In this document: positions 25,150 through 38,039 of the stretch, one piece after another
Numbering within the stretch: the first letter of the stretch is position 1
How the letters are laid out: every line of letters begins with the position of its first letter
From: Felis catus
Taxonomy: Eukaryota
DNA length: 64,000 bases
Direction of reading: 5' to 3'
NCBI RefSeq assembly: GCF_018350175.1
Contig: NC_058372.1
Coordinates: 3,224,001 to 3,288,000 of the forward strand
Program-made: the position numbers and the translations under genes
The notes under the pieces: generated by a model
Told to the model about the DNA's origin: nothing
Database searches by the model: none
Seen by the model: the letters and a program-made list of their open reading frames with translations, nothing else

Positions 25150-27200
25150 GTACTACACCCGGGGACTTAGAGTAAGGCCATGGCTGCTTCTAATGACAAC
25201 GATTCTTTATGTAAAAGTAGCCTCTGACACCTACTGAGCCATTATAGTCACTGAATGCGTGACGTTGGGACACAAAGTAGATATGTGTCCACAGATATTC
25301 CCCACCCAGGTGTTCTATGATCTACTGAATCATACAACTGGGTACTCACAGTAGCATCTTATTTGAAGGTGAAATTCTATAGATAAGACCAGAACTGAGA
25401 TGGTCTGGGGTGCGTGTGTGATGCAGTCTGAACTCCTTTGGTATCTGTTCCTACTGCCGGGATACGTCTCCTTCAACCTCCTTCAATAAGGTCGTGGTGA
25501 ACTCCTTAAGACCAGTTAACAGAGGATTGGCAGTCATGGCCCGTTTCGATTGGCTTTGCAGAGCATTCTAGCACCAGTAGAATTGGATGGCTGTGCATTG
25601 TAAGTTACAACTCAGCCCAAGGGTAAGGGAAATCCTGTCAGCACAGCACTGGGTGTGCATCCGAATGCCTTCGAGTCACCCCAAAGTGATTACCAGAGGG
25701 CTCCTCCCATGAAGGCTGTTAACCATCAGGTGGAAACGGTGACCTCTCTGTGGGCATCAGTTAACCTCTTTCCCCGGCCAAACAGCGAAGGCAAGATTCT
25801 CCCTGTACAGAGTTGGGCAGGTTCAAATCAAACGCTCACCAACACCCAGCTGAGTGGGCCACCATCACTGCTGACTGTCCTGCTTGCCAACGGCAGAGGT
25901 CGCTGCTGAGCGTCCTTACCGGGTCACTTTCGGGGCTCCATCAAGTGGCCACTAGTTAGCGATTTGATTATACCAGACCCTTCTTTCACAGAGGAAGCAC
26001 TGAATTTTCCTTACAAGGTAGGCACCTATTTGGGGCCTGAATTTGCTTTCCTTGTTTATATGTTTCAGCTCCTACCACCGTCCATGGGCCCACAGGATAC
26101 CTACCCTTCATGGAAACCCAAACAGTGCCTCTAAGTTGGGCACATACTTTGAGGCAATGGCCTTGTACCCATGGTATTCACCGGTCATAACATGCACGCA
26201 TCACCCAGAAGCTAGCGGCTTGGTAGAACTGTGAAATGGCCTTCTGGAAGCTCATTATGCCACTAACTGAAAGACGAGGATCTTCAAGTTTTTGTCCTAC
26301 AGGGTGTTCCTTCCAAACGTGCCTTAAAACAACGGGCAACACAGAAAGCCATACCCTCTGTATTCAGAATACACGGATCTGGGAATCAAGGGGTCAAGGT
26401 GAGAATGGCCCCTCTCATCATTACACCCAGTAATCCATTAGGAGAATTTTGTATCCTACCCCTGTGAACTTCAGCTCCGAGGGCTTGAAGGTCTTCATGC
26501 CCAATAGAGCAATGTGTCCAGGAGGGAGCATTGTCAGTTTTCAAATTAATTGATTAGTCAATTTCAACAAATTTATTTTTTTCAACGTGTTTTTTTTTTT
26601 TTTTTTTTAATTTTTGGGACAGAGAAAGACAGAGCATGAACGGGGGAGGGGCAGAGAGAGAGGGAGACACAGAATCGGAACCAGGCTCCAGGCTCCGAGC
26701 CATCAGCCCAGAGCCTGACGCGGGGCTCGAACTCACGGACCGCGAGATCGTGACCTGGCCGAAGTCGGACGCTTAACCGACTGCGCCACCCAGGCGCCCC
26801 ATTTTCAACAAATTTAAAGGCTGAGAACGGCCTCTGCGCATTTTAGTCTCTCCATGCCACTGAACCAATAGGCAGAGAAAAGAGTTCCTCTTCTCGCTGG
26901 GATGATTCATCCCAATTTCCAGGAAGTAATTGGGTGTCTGTTATCCAATGGGGGCGAAAAAGATACTACTGGAACCGAGAGAAGCTTCTAAGTATTGTTG
27001 GCCAACAGCCCTGGGCACTAAAAACATTGTGGCGGAACAATTAAAAAAAAAAAGACTGGCAAGGACATGGGTCCCACGGGAATAAAGGCGTAGATTTTGC
27101 CCCCATGTGTGTAAGAATGCGGCTAAGGTGCTCGCAGAGGTCAGGGTGATAAGGAATGAGTTTTTAGAAGGAAGTGAGATGGCTAATTTAAGCCTCCTGA
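25150..27200 (+). mobile_element. Decayed ERVL internal region (pol/integrase), interrupted by a SINE
   Basis: HHPEASGLVEL*NGLL at ~26200-26250 resembles the ERVL integrase motif HHPEAAGLIERWNGLLK; many stops. Confidence 0.7.
26576..26800 (-). mobile_element. Young Can-SINE
   Basis: CpGs intact, long tail, TSD TTTCAACAAATTTA. Confidence 0.95.
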
Positions 27201-27974
27201 TCAGAAGCAGGATCCCTAGTAGCTTTGTATTATGTCAGCTGATTATTTCTCACTTTTTACCCCAACACCTTCTAAGAAGGTGGTAACATGTTAAATTTAA
27301 GGTGGGTCTCTGAACAAACTGAAACTATCCGGTGAGCAGGCTGCCAGGTCACCCTCCTATGTTGGAAATACAGAGTTTTCATGTGGGAAAGGACAAGAGG
27401 AAGTGCCGGGGAACAAGGGGAAGGGCTGGGCCAGACAGTTGCTCTCCCCTCCTTCACCGGCAGGGAGGCTGACCTCTGAATCGACCAATTCAATCTTTGC
27501 CCTCCGGCTTCCCGGCTGGATTTGGCAGTTTAGACAGAGGAAGGAGCACCCTTTGTCTCCAGATTCCCTTTCCTCCCATTGCCCTCTGGGGCTGGGAGGG
27601 TGGGGGGTGGTGACGGCCTCCTTGGATCAGCTTCTCTGTCCCTTGTGACTTCTTAACACCTTGCTCCCTGCTCTTCACACGCCAATGAGACGATATCAAA
27701 GTATTCAGTCTGAGCGTCCTTCTGGTGAAACACTGGCTGCCATACTGACCTCTTTCAGCTTACATGCTAGTGAAGTTTACAGACATTAAACACAAATACA
27801 AATAAGATATGTGTTTGTAAGATATGGTAATTGATAAGGAGTTTAAGAATCTGGTCTAGTAACAGCGAATGGCTGCAGAACGCGTAATGTGGATCAGGAT
27901 TCGGGGAATACCTCACCAAGAGATGAATTTTTTATGAAAAATGACATAAAATAATAGTAGGATAATAGGAGGTT

Positions 27975-28188
27975 GGGGCGCCTGGGTGGCTCAGTCGGTT
28001 GAGTGTCCGACTTCGGCTCAGGTCATGATCTCGCAGTCCGTGGGTTCGGGCCCCACGTCGGGCTCTGTGCTGACAGCTCAAAGCCTGGAGCCCATTTCAG
28101 ATTCTGTGTCTCCCTCTTTCTCTGACCCTCCCCTGTTCATGCTCTCTCTCTCTCTCTGTCTCAAAAATAAATAAATGTTAAAAAAAAA
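27975..28188 (+). mobile_element. Can-SINE
   Basis: Full length; TSD ATAGGAGGTT/ATAGGAAGTT. Confidence 0.95.
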
Positions 28189-29136
28189 TAGGAAGTTATG
28201 CAAAGAGTGACCGGATGGACAAACACTCTGGGCCTTGAAAACAGCACATGTAAAGGTCCTGAGGCAGGAAGAGCCATCACCTATTTTAGAAGCAGTAAAC
28301 AATCCCTTGTGATTAGAGTGTCATGAGAAAGAAATAAAGCAGAACAGAAGTCGTGGATGTAGAGAAGGCCATGCATGGTGAACCCTTTGCTTTATGAGTG
28401 TGTGTCTGTTGTGTCTTTGTTCCCACCTCACGCTTTTCTTTGTATCCCAAGGGCTAGAAGACTAGAGATTATATTTTTTTCGATTCCTTTGTCAGCAGAG
28501 TTCTGGGTAGTTTCCGCCAGGGGGAGGCAATGGGAGGGAAAGAAGCCAGGAAGAAAGGAGAATCTAGTTGCTTCTGGCAATGGTGCTGGTTAGGTCTTGA
28601 GTGGGGAGATTGAGGGGGTTGGGGGGACAAGATCACTGTAACACAGCATTCCTTCCCCTGGGAAAGGGACGGAACAAGCCGAATACGATCTCTTTGTGCA
28701 AACTGATCTCCTGAAAGGATATTTTGGAAACTGACTAGAATGTTCAGAGAGGCTTCTGATTTATTTAGCGACAGTGCCAGGCCAAGTCAGAAGGGCCCGT
28801 CCATGACGGGGCTTTCTAATTCTGATCTGATAGTTTTATTAATTCATAAATGTTTCAAGCAAGCAGGGTATGGGATGCAATGATTTCCCCACAAAGATAC
28901 CAATTCGTTTAGCAATTCTACCATGAATATAATGCGGTTAGCTTTTGAGGGGTCAAACGATATTAATTTGCACAAGCAGTTTTGCCCTCAGAGTTCTTTT
29001 GGTATTTTCCTTTGTGTTATTCCAAGGGAGATCTGGGATCTTAAATTTATATGCCGATGGCCGGTTGTGAGTGTAGGTATCAGTCATTCTTGTAAATGTC
29101 AGAACTCCTATCAGGTGCTGAAAATAGCACACATGG

Positions 29137-29333
29137 GGGGCGCCTGGGTGGCTCAGTCTACTGAGCATCTGATCAGCTGAGGTCGTGATCTCACGGTTCA
29201 TGAGTTCAAGCCCCACATCAGGTTATGAGCTAATAGTGCAGAGCCTGCTTTGGATTCTGTCTCTCTCTCTGTGCCCCTCCCCTGCTGGTGGGCGCGCTCT
29301 CTCTCTCTCAAAAACAAATAAACATTAAAAAAA
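29137..29333 (+). mobile_element. Can-SINE
   Basis: TSD AGCACACAT. Confidence 0.92.
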
Positions 29334-29744
29334 TTAACAGCACACATAGGGTTTAGATTCCCCGATAAGTGAAGCAACGTCAACAAAGTCAGCCTGGTAT
29401 AAAGTTATATTCTTTTGTCCTTAGTCAAGCATCCCCATTATCCATAACCATGGAGATCTCTGAGATTTTGTCATTATTAACTGTCTGAATCATGTAGTTA
29501 CTTTGGGGGATAAATATTAGATATTTTGCTTTGATATTAAACATTAGATCTGACCTTACAATTGTTCCCTATATCCCATGTGTTACAACAACTCCATCTA
29601 GTAATAGGTGTGATGAAGGAATAAAGAATAGAACGAGGAAAAGGATGTATTAACTGTGATCCTCGTTTTCAGGAAACGACTACCGTAAACATGACTTGAA
29701 TAATGAAATCTAGTTTTATTCTTCCTCATTAAAAAAAATATATA

Positions 29745-29944
29745 TTTATGAAGCTTGTTTATTTATTTTTAGAGAGAGCGGGTGCGAGCCCAAGCAGGGG
29801 AGGGGCAGAGAGAAGGAGAGACAGAATCCCAAGCAGGCTCTGCGCTGTCGGTGCAGGACTTGAACCCACAGACTGTGGGATCACGACCCTCTGGGCCAAG
29901 ATCAAGAGTCGGACGCTTAACCAACTGCGCCTCCCAGGTGCCCC
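29745..29944 (-). mobile_element. Can-SINE
   Basis: Head and tail motifs. Confidence 0.9.
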
Positions 29945-30236
29945 TCATTTGGTGTTTGTTAATGCAAATCTGACCATCTACACGCTACTCCTCTGCTAAA
30001 ATCTTTCAACATGTCCCTTCGAACCTTCTCAACCAAGGTTTGCACACTTTAGACCAAAGTATAGAAGACCAGGTAGTTACGAGAAGGGCAGTTACGTACG
30101 GGTTCTGTGTTGAGGTAGATAATATCTTGATTTACAGAGTTATCTTTTACCAATTGAGAATCTGATTGAATCACACTGTACTTTCTTGGCTTACGCTGTG
30201 GGAGCCTACACCGTAGGCTGGCGGCTTAAATAACAA

Positions 30237-30545
30237 TGTCAGAGCAGATATTTAGTTCGGCTCTCACAGGAAGCCTGGAGGCCAGCACGGAGGAGGCCGT
30301 GCCCAGCTGTGGGGAAGGTCAGAGGCCTGTCCGGGCCGCACTCCTGAGAAGCCCCATCCCACCAGACGGGCCCACGATGGCGGCGCCATGACAGGAAGCC
30401 TCTGGCCAAGTGAAGAGGAAAGAGTGGGAAACCAGCGTGTCTGTCCTTGAATTCCTTCTGACGAGACCAGGAATCTTACGGGACTCCTTTGGGTCTGGCT
30501 TGAGTCGAGGCCCCAGAGCCCAGGGTCTCCCCAGTTTCCCCAGCA
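30237..30545 (+). mobile_element. Internally deleted ERV1 LTR, same family as 42346-42819
   Basis: Shares GCCTGGAGGCCAG..GGAGGAGGCCGTGCCCAGCTG..GATGGCGGCGCCA and the CAGGGTCTCCCCAGTT end. Confidence 0.75.
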
Positions 30546-30716
30546 ATACATTTATTTGTCGCAGTTCTGGAGTCTAGGAACCACAAGATCAAGGTGCCGG
30601 TAGAATCAGTGTCGGCTGAGGGCTGGCTTCCTGGCTGGTAGAGGCCATCCTCTCCCTGTGTGCTCACGTGATGTCTCTGTGGGCTGCGGGGAGGCAGGTG
30701 TCCTAGTCTCTCGCTC

Positions 30717-30939
30717 TTTTTTTTTTAACGTTTATTTATTTTTGAGACAGAGAGAGACAGAGCATGAACAGGGGAGGAGCAGAAAGAGAGGGAGACACAG
30801 AATCTGAAACAGGCTCCAGGCTCCGAGCCATCAGCACAGAGCCCGACGCGGGGCTCGAACTCACGGACCGTGAGATCGTGACCTGGCTGAAGTCGGACAC
30901 TTAACCGACCAAGCCACCCAAGGTGCCCAGGCGCCCCCC
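30717..30939 (-). mobile_element. Can-SINE
   Basis: TSD CTCTCGCTCTT. Confidence 0.95.
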
Positions 30940-31372
30940 TCTCGCTCTTATAAGAGCAGTAATCCCATCCTGGGGATTCTACCCTCATGACCTCATGGAA
31001 AACCAGTCACCTCCCAAAGGTCTCACCTCCTAGTACCATCCCATTGGAGTTTAGGGTTTTAGCCTAAGAACTAGGGGGTGAGGGTGAGATACAAACACTC
31101 AGCCCATAGCATTTCTTTTCTGGGTTGGAATTAGAACAATACCCGCCTCATCTGTAGCCCAGAGTGGTCTGTATGGAATCTCCCTTCCATGTTCTCTTGA
31201 AAGGCTCCCTCTCCTCCCCTTTGGGCCTCAACTGTTCATTCTGAAGCTTCCACATCATGGTGTGAGGCTGGATTATTTCCCAGTACCGGGAGAGCGAGGT
31301 GATTGGCTGGATCTGGAGGAAGGAGGGAGGGCCAGTGGAAGATCCTCCGTAGTCCTTATAATTGTTGTTGGG

Positions 31373-31419
31373 TTTTTTTTTAAACTTTATTTAATTTTAA
31401 GAGAGACAGGGAGGGAGGA

Positions 31420-31468
<49 letters not shown>

Positions 31469-31594
31469 CAAGCAGACTTTGTGCTGTCAGTGTAGAGCCT
31501 GACATGGGGCTCGATCTCACAAACCATGAGATTGTGACCTGAGCCGAAGAGTCAGATTCTCAACCACTCAACCGACTGAGCCCCCCAGGTGCCC
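31373..31594 (-). mobile_element. Can-SINE with expanded (GA)n at 31423-31464
   Basis: Flanking repeat GTAGTCCTTATAA. Confidence 0.9.
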
Positions 31595-32367
31595 GCCCCA
31601 CCCCCTGCCTCCCCCCACCCTGTAGTCCTTATAACTGTTTTATATCACTTTCTCTTTGTGGTGAATCAAGCATCTAATACAATCTTACGGGAGTAGACAA
31701 CATTAGTAAAGATTTTTTAGAAAGTCTATAGATTTTCTCATTTCTCTAAAAAGAAACCACATCCCTTTTGAATTCCCCAATGAAAGTAAAGAGGTGATAC
31801 CAGCCATATGTGTTAAAAAGTAAGTCTTACAAACACCATCACAGACATTACTCACCGTCAGTGTTTACATGCATGTTAACGTATGTCAGAGACATACAAA
31901 TGCGGGGCGCAGACCCCCCTCCGGGGAAGCCTTGCTGTCCAGCTGCAGAGCGAGTGCGGTTACAACAGCCGCCGAGCAACTTCAGGGTTTTCAGGACCTG
32001 ACCCGGCTCAAGGCCGCGCCCTCCTCCAGGGCAGCCTGCAGCCCGCACAGAGCAAAGCGGGGCCATGCACACTGGGCCGGGGGGATCTTTGCCCAGTGCG
32101 GGACATCGCTGACGGGTGGCTCAGGGGTCTGTGCCCCCACGTTTGTCTGGCCCGCGGCACGGTCTGACCCTCTGTCCGGTCCTAGTTGCTCTTCCTCCTG
32201 TCACAGCTGTTGGTCCTTAATAACATCTTGTACCCCAAACTCCACCTGGGCATCCGCTCCCGGAGAACCTCACCTGCGTTGCTCTGTCACCATAATCTTT
32301 GTCCTGGGTCTCTGGCATTTTATTATTGCTTTGTTCAGTAGGGCTTCCGCGAGCCAAGACCAGGACT

Positions 32368-32890
32368 AGTGTGGGGGCCCCGGGAGGCCGCCCCAAATGG
32401 ACCTCTATGGCGTATTGATTATTTTGAACGGGAGCTTCTTGGGAAGCAGCAGGTGCGAGGACCTCACACCATCTTCGGTCCCCCGGGACGCAGGGAACAT
32501 CTCCCTTAGGAAAGGTCACCTCCCAGGACGGAAAAGTAAAAGACCACTTATCACCAGAGAAAGTGAATTGAGAGTAACAAGCCTTGTGACGTCTCTCACC
32601 AATCGACTACCTCAGCCCAACTTTTACTTAAAATTTCTTACTAATTAAGATTCCCAAACATCTGTTTTCTTTACCCTGTCAAATCCTCACTTTTTGTTTT
32701 TTGTTTTGTCTGTCTCAAGTGTATGAAAACTGCCCGCTTTACAGTCTGTTCAAGTGTCAATTTCATTATTGGGCCTCCCCGCGCACGTCACAAAACATTT
32801 TTTTCCTCCTCCTGATCCGTCTCATGTCAATTGAGTTCTTAACCCGGCTTGAAGAAATCTGGACAGAGGAATATTTCTTCCTTCCATTCA
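32368..32890 (+). mobile_element. ERV1 MER34/CarLTR-like solo LTR
   Basis: GGCCGCCCCAAATGGACCTCTATGGCGTATTGATTATTTTGA ... ATTTCTTCCTTCCATTCA. Confidence 0.6.
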
Positions 32891-34021
32891 GTAGCAAACA
32901 AATCTGTGTGTATTGAATTATAAACTGTGCGCTCTTAACATCGCTGTTTGTGACCACACGACAAATTAATACGTTTATGGTATCTCTCTCTTTTTTTTTA
33001 GGTGGGTTGGGGTCCACAGATTTTGACAACTTTGATTTGTATTATCAAATTTATTACCTCAGAGATCAGGATTGCTACTGCTTTTGATGACCCATCCACA
33101 TTAATCCACATACTACAAAGTCCTACGTTATGCTCCCCCCGCTTGCTTTAACACCGTAGTCTTCTGGGCCTACTGGCTGTTCCCAACTAATGCCACACAC
33201 GTGTTCTGTCTTAAGGCCTCTGCATGTTCAGTTCCCTCCGCTTGTAATTCTCTCCCTCTAATATCTACCTGGCTCATCTCTTTTTTAGATGAACGTAGGT
33301 CTCTGATCAGATACACCTTTAAAGAAGTTATCTACGCTTACCTTCCATCTAAAATAGGGGTCCCCATTATGCTGTGGAGCTGCTCTATTTTCTGCACCAG
33401 ATATTTGACACCTAACCTATTGTATGATTCTGTGTGTGTCTCTCTTACCGGAGTAATTTCCACGGAGGCAGATTTTCTAGGTTGCATCTGCTATTGGGTC
33501 CTGAGCCGCTGGAAGAGTGAATCAAATGAACACATGTGCGCCAAAGAAATAGGACCAAGGACTTACCAATGTGGGATTCAGTAAGTTCTGTGTACTTTCA
33601 ACCAGTAAGTCAGACTCCCTACCTTCGGAATGAAATCTTAAAAAGGGTTAGACCACTAAGAATTCCATCACCTGAGAATTCAGAGCACTTAAGAATCAGT
33701 GTCCTTTTCCAGAACTCTAGTACATTCATACAGCTAAGTTTCTTCTGGAAAAGTGGCCACTGCATCCGGTACTTTTGGCCGCCTAAAACTGGTAACGGAT
33801 AACGTAATCAAAATGGGTTCAGGAATTTGCCTGACTGGCTCCATCTGAAACTTCTAGACAAGCCTGTCCTAAACCCGCTACCCCTTATCTCCAGCTTGTC
33901 CTTTCTGTAGTTATCGCCCGTAGAAATGACACTTTGTCTCCCACGATTAACGAGGCCTTACAACAGTCACCAAAAAACACAGCAGATAGTGTGCACCAGC
34001 TTTCTCTTTGATGGCTTAAGT

Positions 34022-34037
34022 GGCTCTGAAAAGAGCC
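34022..34037 (-). terminator. Histone 3' stem-loop (SLBP site); purine-rich HDE ~33996-34009
   Basis: AAA-GGCTCTTTTCAGAGCC-AC, then AAAGAGAAAGCTGG. Confidence 0.97.
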
Positions 34038-34067
34038 TTTGTTTGGCAACTTCCCTAACCTTACTCC

Positions 34068-34778
<711 letters not shown>

Positions 34779-35159
34779 ATGCCNNNNNNNNNNNNNNNNN
34801 NNNNNNNNNNNNNNNNNNNNNNNNNNNNNNNNNNNNNNNNNNNNNNNNNNNNNNNNNNNNNNNNNNNNNNNNNNNNNNNNNNNNNNNNNNNNNNNNNNNN
34901 NNNNNNNNNNNNNNNNNNNNNNNNNNNNNNNNNNNNNNNNNNNNNNNNNNNNNNNNNNNNNNNNNNNNNNNNNNNNNNNNNNNNNNNNNNNNNNNNNNNN
35001 NNNNNNNNNNNNNNNNNNNNNNNNNNNNNNNNNNNNNNNNNNNNNNNNNNNNNNNNNNNNNNNNNNNNNNNNNNNNNNNNNNNNNNNNNNNNNNNNNNNN
35101 NNNNNNNNNNNNNNNNNNNNNNNNNNNNNNNNNNNNNNNNNNNNNNNNNNNNNNNNNNN
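34779..35159 (+). CDS. H2BC12: Histone H2B type 1, almost entirely masked (34784-35164); H2BC12 ortholog by synteny
   Basis: Only ATGCC is visible; octamer+TATA promoter, divergent from H2A, stem-loop at the right distance. End inferred from the standard 381-nt H2B CDS. Confidence 0.85.
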
Positions 35160-35188
35160 NNNNNCCAAGTAAGAATATTTAACCCAAA

Positions 35189-35204
35189 GGCTCTTTTAAG
35201 AGCC
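35189..35204 (+). terminator. Histone 3' stem-loop; HDE ~35221-35228
   Basis: CCCAAA-GGCTCTTTTAAGAGCC-ACT ... CAGAGCTG. Confidence 0.97.
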
Positions 35205-36864
35205 ACTAACCTGTCAGTATCAGAGCTGTAACTACATGTTTAGAATCTAGGCTCAAGTTCAGGCGGTTTCTTTGAGGCAACCATGAGGATTCATTCCATT
35301 GCAGTGAGTAATGCCTACTGTGCCCGTAACCGCCTCTGGCAGGAAGGAAACCGGATGTGCTGTGAGTTGGCTCTTGCGGGTTTGCAGCAAACATTCTAGT
35401 ATGCCCCTTAACGGGAGAGTAACACAAGTTTGTATCCGTGTGTTGTGTGAACTGAAAATGATTCCTGGCTGTAGCGCGAATGTGGATCCTTTGGTTGTGA
35501 GCAAGAGTGGCTTCCTGTCGATCCTAACAGCCTATTGTCTTGTGACTTTTCTCCGTTAGGGGTTCTAAGCTGCTTTTGTTGGTAAATTCAGTCCCCACTG
35601 GTCTTCCAAAGCCAGCCTTTTACCTCCGGTTATCGCATGTCCTAGGCGCGGTACGCTATAATTAGAAAGATACTGTGTGCCGGAGGGGACGTTAGATTCG
35701 TAGAGCAGTGCTTTCATCCAGCTTAGGGGAAAAAAAGTTGGCCTCTCCGGCCCATTTGGGACCGGGACAGTGCCAGACCACCCTGGGGGAGAGGTATGCA
35801 AGGCAAAGATAAGCTTACCTTTTCTCCTGAGTAAAGAAATGGAATACAAGGGCTCGCAGTAATGTGGCTAGCTTACTGGTTTGTCATATTGCCAGAGAGA
35901 GAAGGGACCGGTGGTATAATGGGGGAAAATAAGGGCATATAAGTAACCGTTGGAATCTCGTGCCTCTACTGATTTGAGTAAATTAAAGTCTGTGCATCTG
36001 TTCGCCCATCTGCAGGAGAGCATTGATCTGAACTTTGTGAGTTATGTGCTCTCCAGAGAGAACATGAAATCTGTGAATAGAGATGATAAAAGTGACTTTC
36101 TTAGGCCCACAATCGGATCTACTGTAGAAGAGATCGGAATAACGATCAGATGGGGATAGTCACGAGCTGTCCCTGTACTTGTCCTGATACACGTCTGCCA
36201 TTTCTTCATCATGGGACTAGGACTACAGCCGACTCTTGGTGATGGCTTCTCTAGCCGCGCTAAGCAGAGAAGAATGGTTAAAAACGTTATAGGTTCGTGT
36301 TATAGAATATATTTGTGACTTGGTTATTTGACTTGGCTGGCAGTGCCTTTATTTTGCCATTTTAAAATGAGAATAATAAAACCGATCAAGATTACGTGAG
36401 AGAGTCCACGGAAAGTATTTACCACAAATTGAAACAAATTATAGGCAGGATTTCTTCTCTTTCACTCTACCTTTTGTCTTTCATAATGGCTTGCAAATTT
36501 TAGGCATTCGGGCCATCAATCATGGCTTACTAAGAGAGTAGGACGATCAGTTGCCAGTAATTTCAAAAAAGTTTCCATCTCCAAGCCCAATAATGCCATG
36601 AGCAGCCTAAATTTCGTCCACTTGTGCCTGCATTTCTTTGAGGAACCGAGGGAAATAACTCCTGTACGAACAGGCATCATTTGGCAGAACTCCTAAGAAT
36701 ATAAACCCAACATTATTAGACCTGACTCCAAAATAGCCAAAAATCTTGTAAGAAAGTAAACAACTTTGTTACGATCAGAGAAGTGCAATTTAAATACATG
36801 AGATACAATTTAGCAAATGCGGACAGGCAAAAATCTGGTCTGCCTGTTAGCAAAATGTTGCAGG

Positions 36865-36865
<1 letters not shown>

Positions 36866-36900
<35 letters not shown>
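36866..36900 (+). repeat. Poly-G tract (35 nt)
   Basis: Directly visible. Confidence 0.9.
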
Positions 36901-36901
<1 letters not shown>

Positions 36902-37593
36902 AGCAGGATTTGCAGGGGGGGGAGGGGGGTAGTAGGAACTCTTGGTACTTGTGGAATATGGGAATCTAGCCCAAACTACAACCTTGAGAAGCAAGCTGTG
37001 CGTTTCTTGTCAAGTTGAATATGCACAGATCTTCTTGGTGAACAATCCCACTCCTAGATAAGCAAGGAGAGAAGGCGTACAGCTGAGTACAATGCCCATT
37101 GCCGTGCTAGGTCATGGAGGGAAATACAGCAATTTAAATTTCCAACAGAGAAAGGAATGGATAAATCATGAATGTGGTCTACAGTGCAAGACAGATTTTC
37201 TCTTCTAGAGCTCTCTGCAAACAAGTTTCCTGTTAAGGGAAACATTACTTTGCTTGGCCTCTTCACGATCGGACGTGAAGGAATGTATTTAAAAGATCGG
37301 TGTTAGGTTAGGTTAGTGTGGGCCTGGCCCTTAAGGCCGGACGCTTCCAGATTTCTCAAAATCTTTGGACTAAGCTAATGATCCAAAAATAACCAGATGC
37401 CGTGCAATGCCACCACGCAGTGAAAAGGGGTCGGGGGGGGGGGGCCCAGGTCCTGTCCCGCGGGGTCTCAACTCCCATCCTCCGGCCACGTTGAACTCCC
37501 CGGGCAGAAATGACCATTAAGCCGCATTTAAAAACGGCTCTACCGAGACCCGTTTATAGACAAGCACTAAAGCCCTTTTAACGAAAACTTGGG

Positions 37594-37609
37594 GGCCCTA
37601 AAAAGGGCC
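37594..37609 (-). terminator. H4 3' stem-loop
   Basis: AAAAA-GGCCCTTTTTAGGGCC-CCCAAG; HDE-like AAAAGGGCT at 37571-37579. Confidence 0.95.
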
Positions 37610-37642
37610 TTTTTGGTAAGCGACGGGAACCTTTAAAAAACT

Positions 37643-38039
<397 letters not shown>

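Larger units (their letters stand above)
30200..31110 (-). mobile_element. MLT1 (MaLR) LTR interrupted by an LTR fragment (30237-30545) and a SINE
   Basis: GGCTTAAATAACA|..|ATTTATTTGTCGCAGTTCTGGAG..AAGATCAAGGTGCCGG..ACCCTCATGACCTCA..CACCTCCCAAAGG. Confidence 0.7.

Noticed and set aside
35165-35172. CCAAGTAA as the H2B C-terminus and stop
   Set aside because: Would give 394 nt from the ATG at 34779, out of frame; better read as 3' UTR containing a splice-donor motif.
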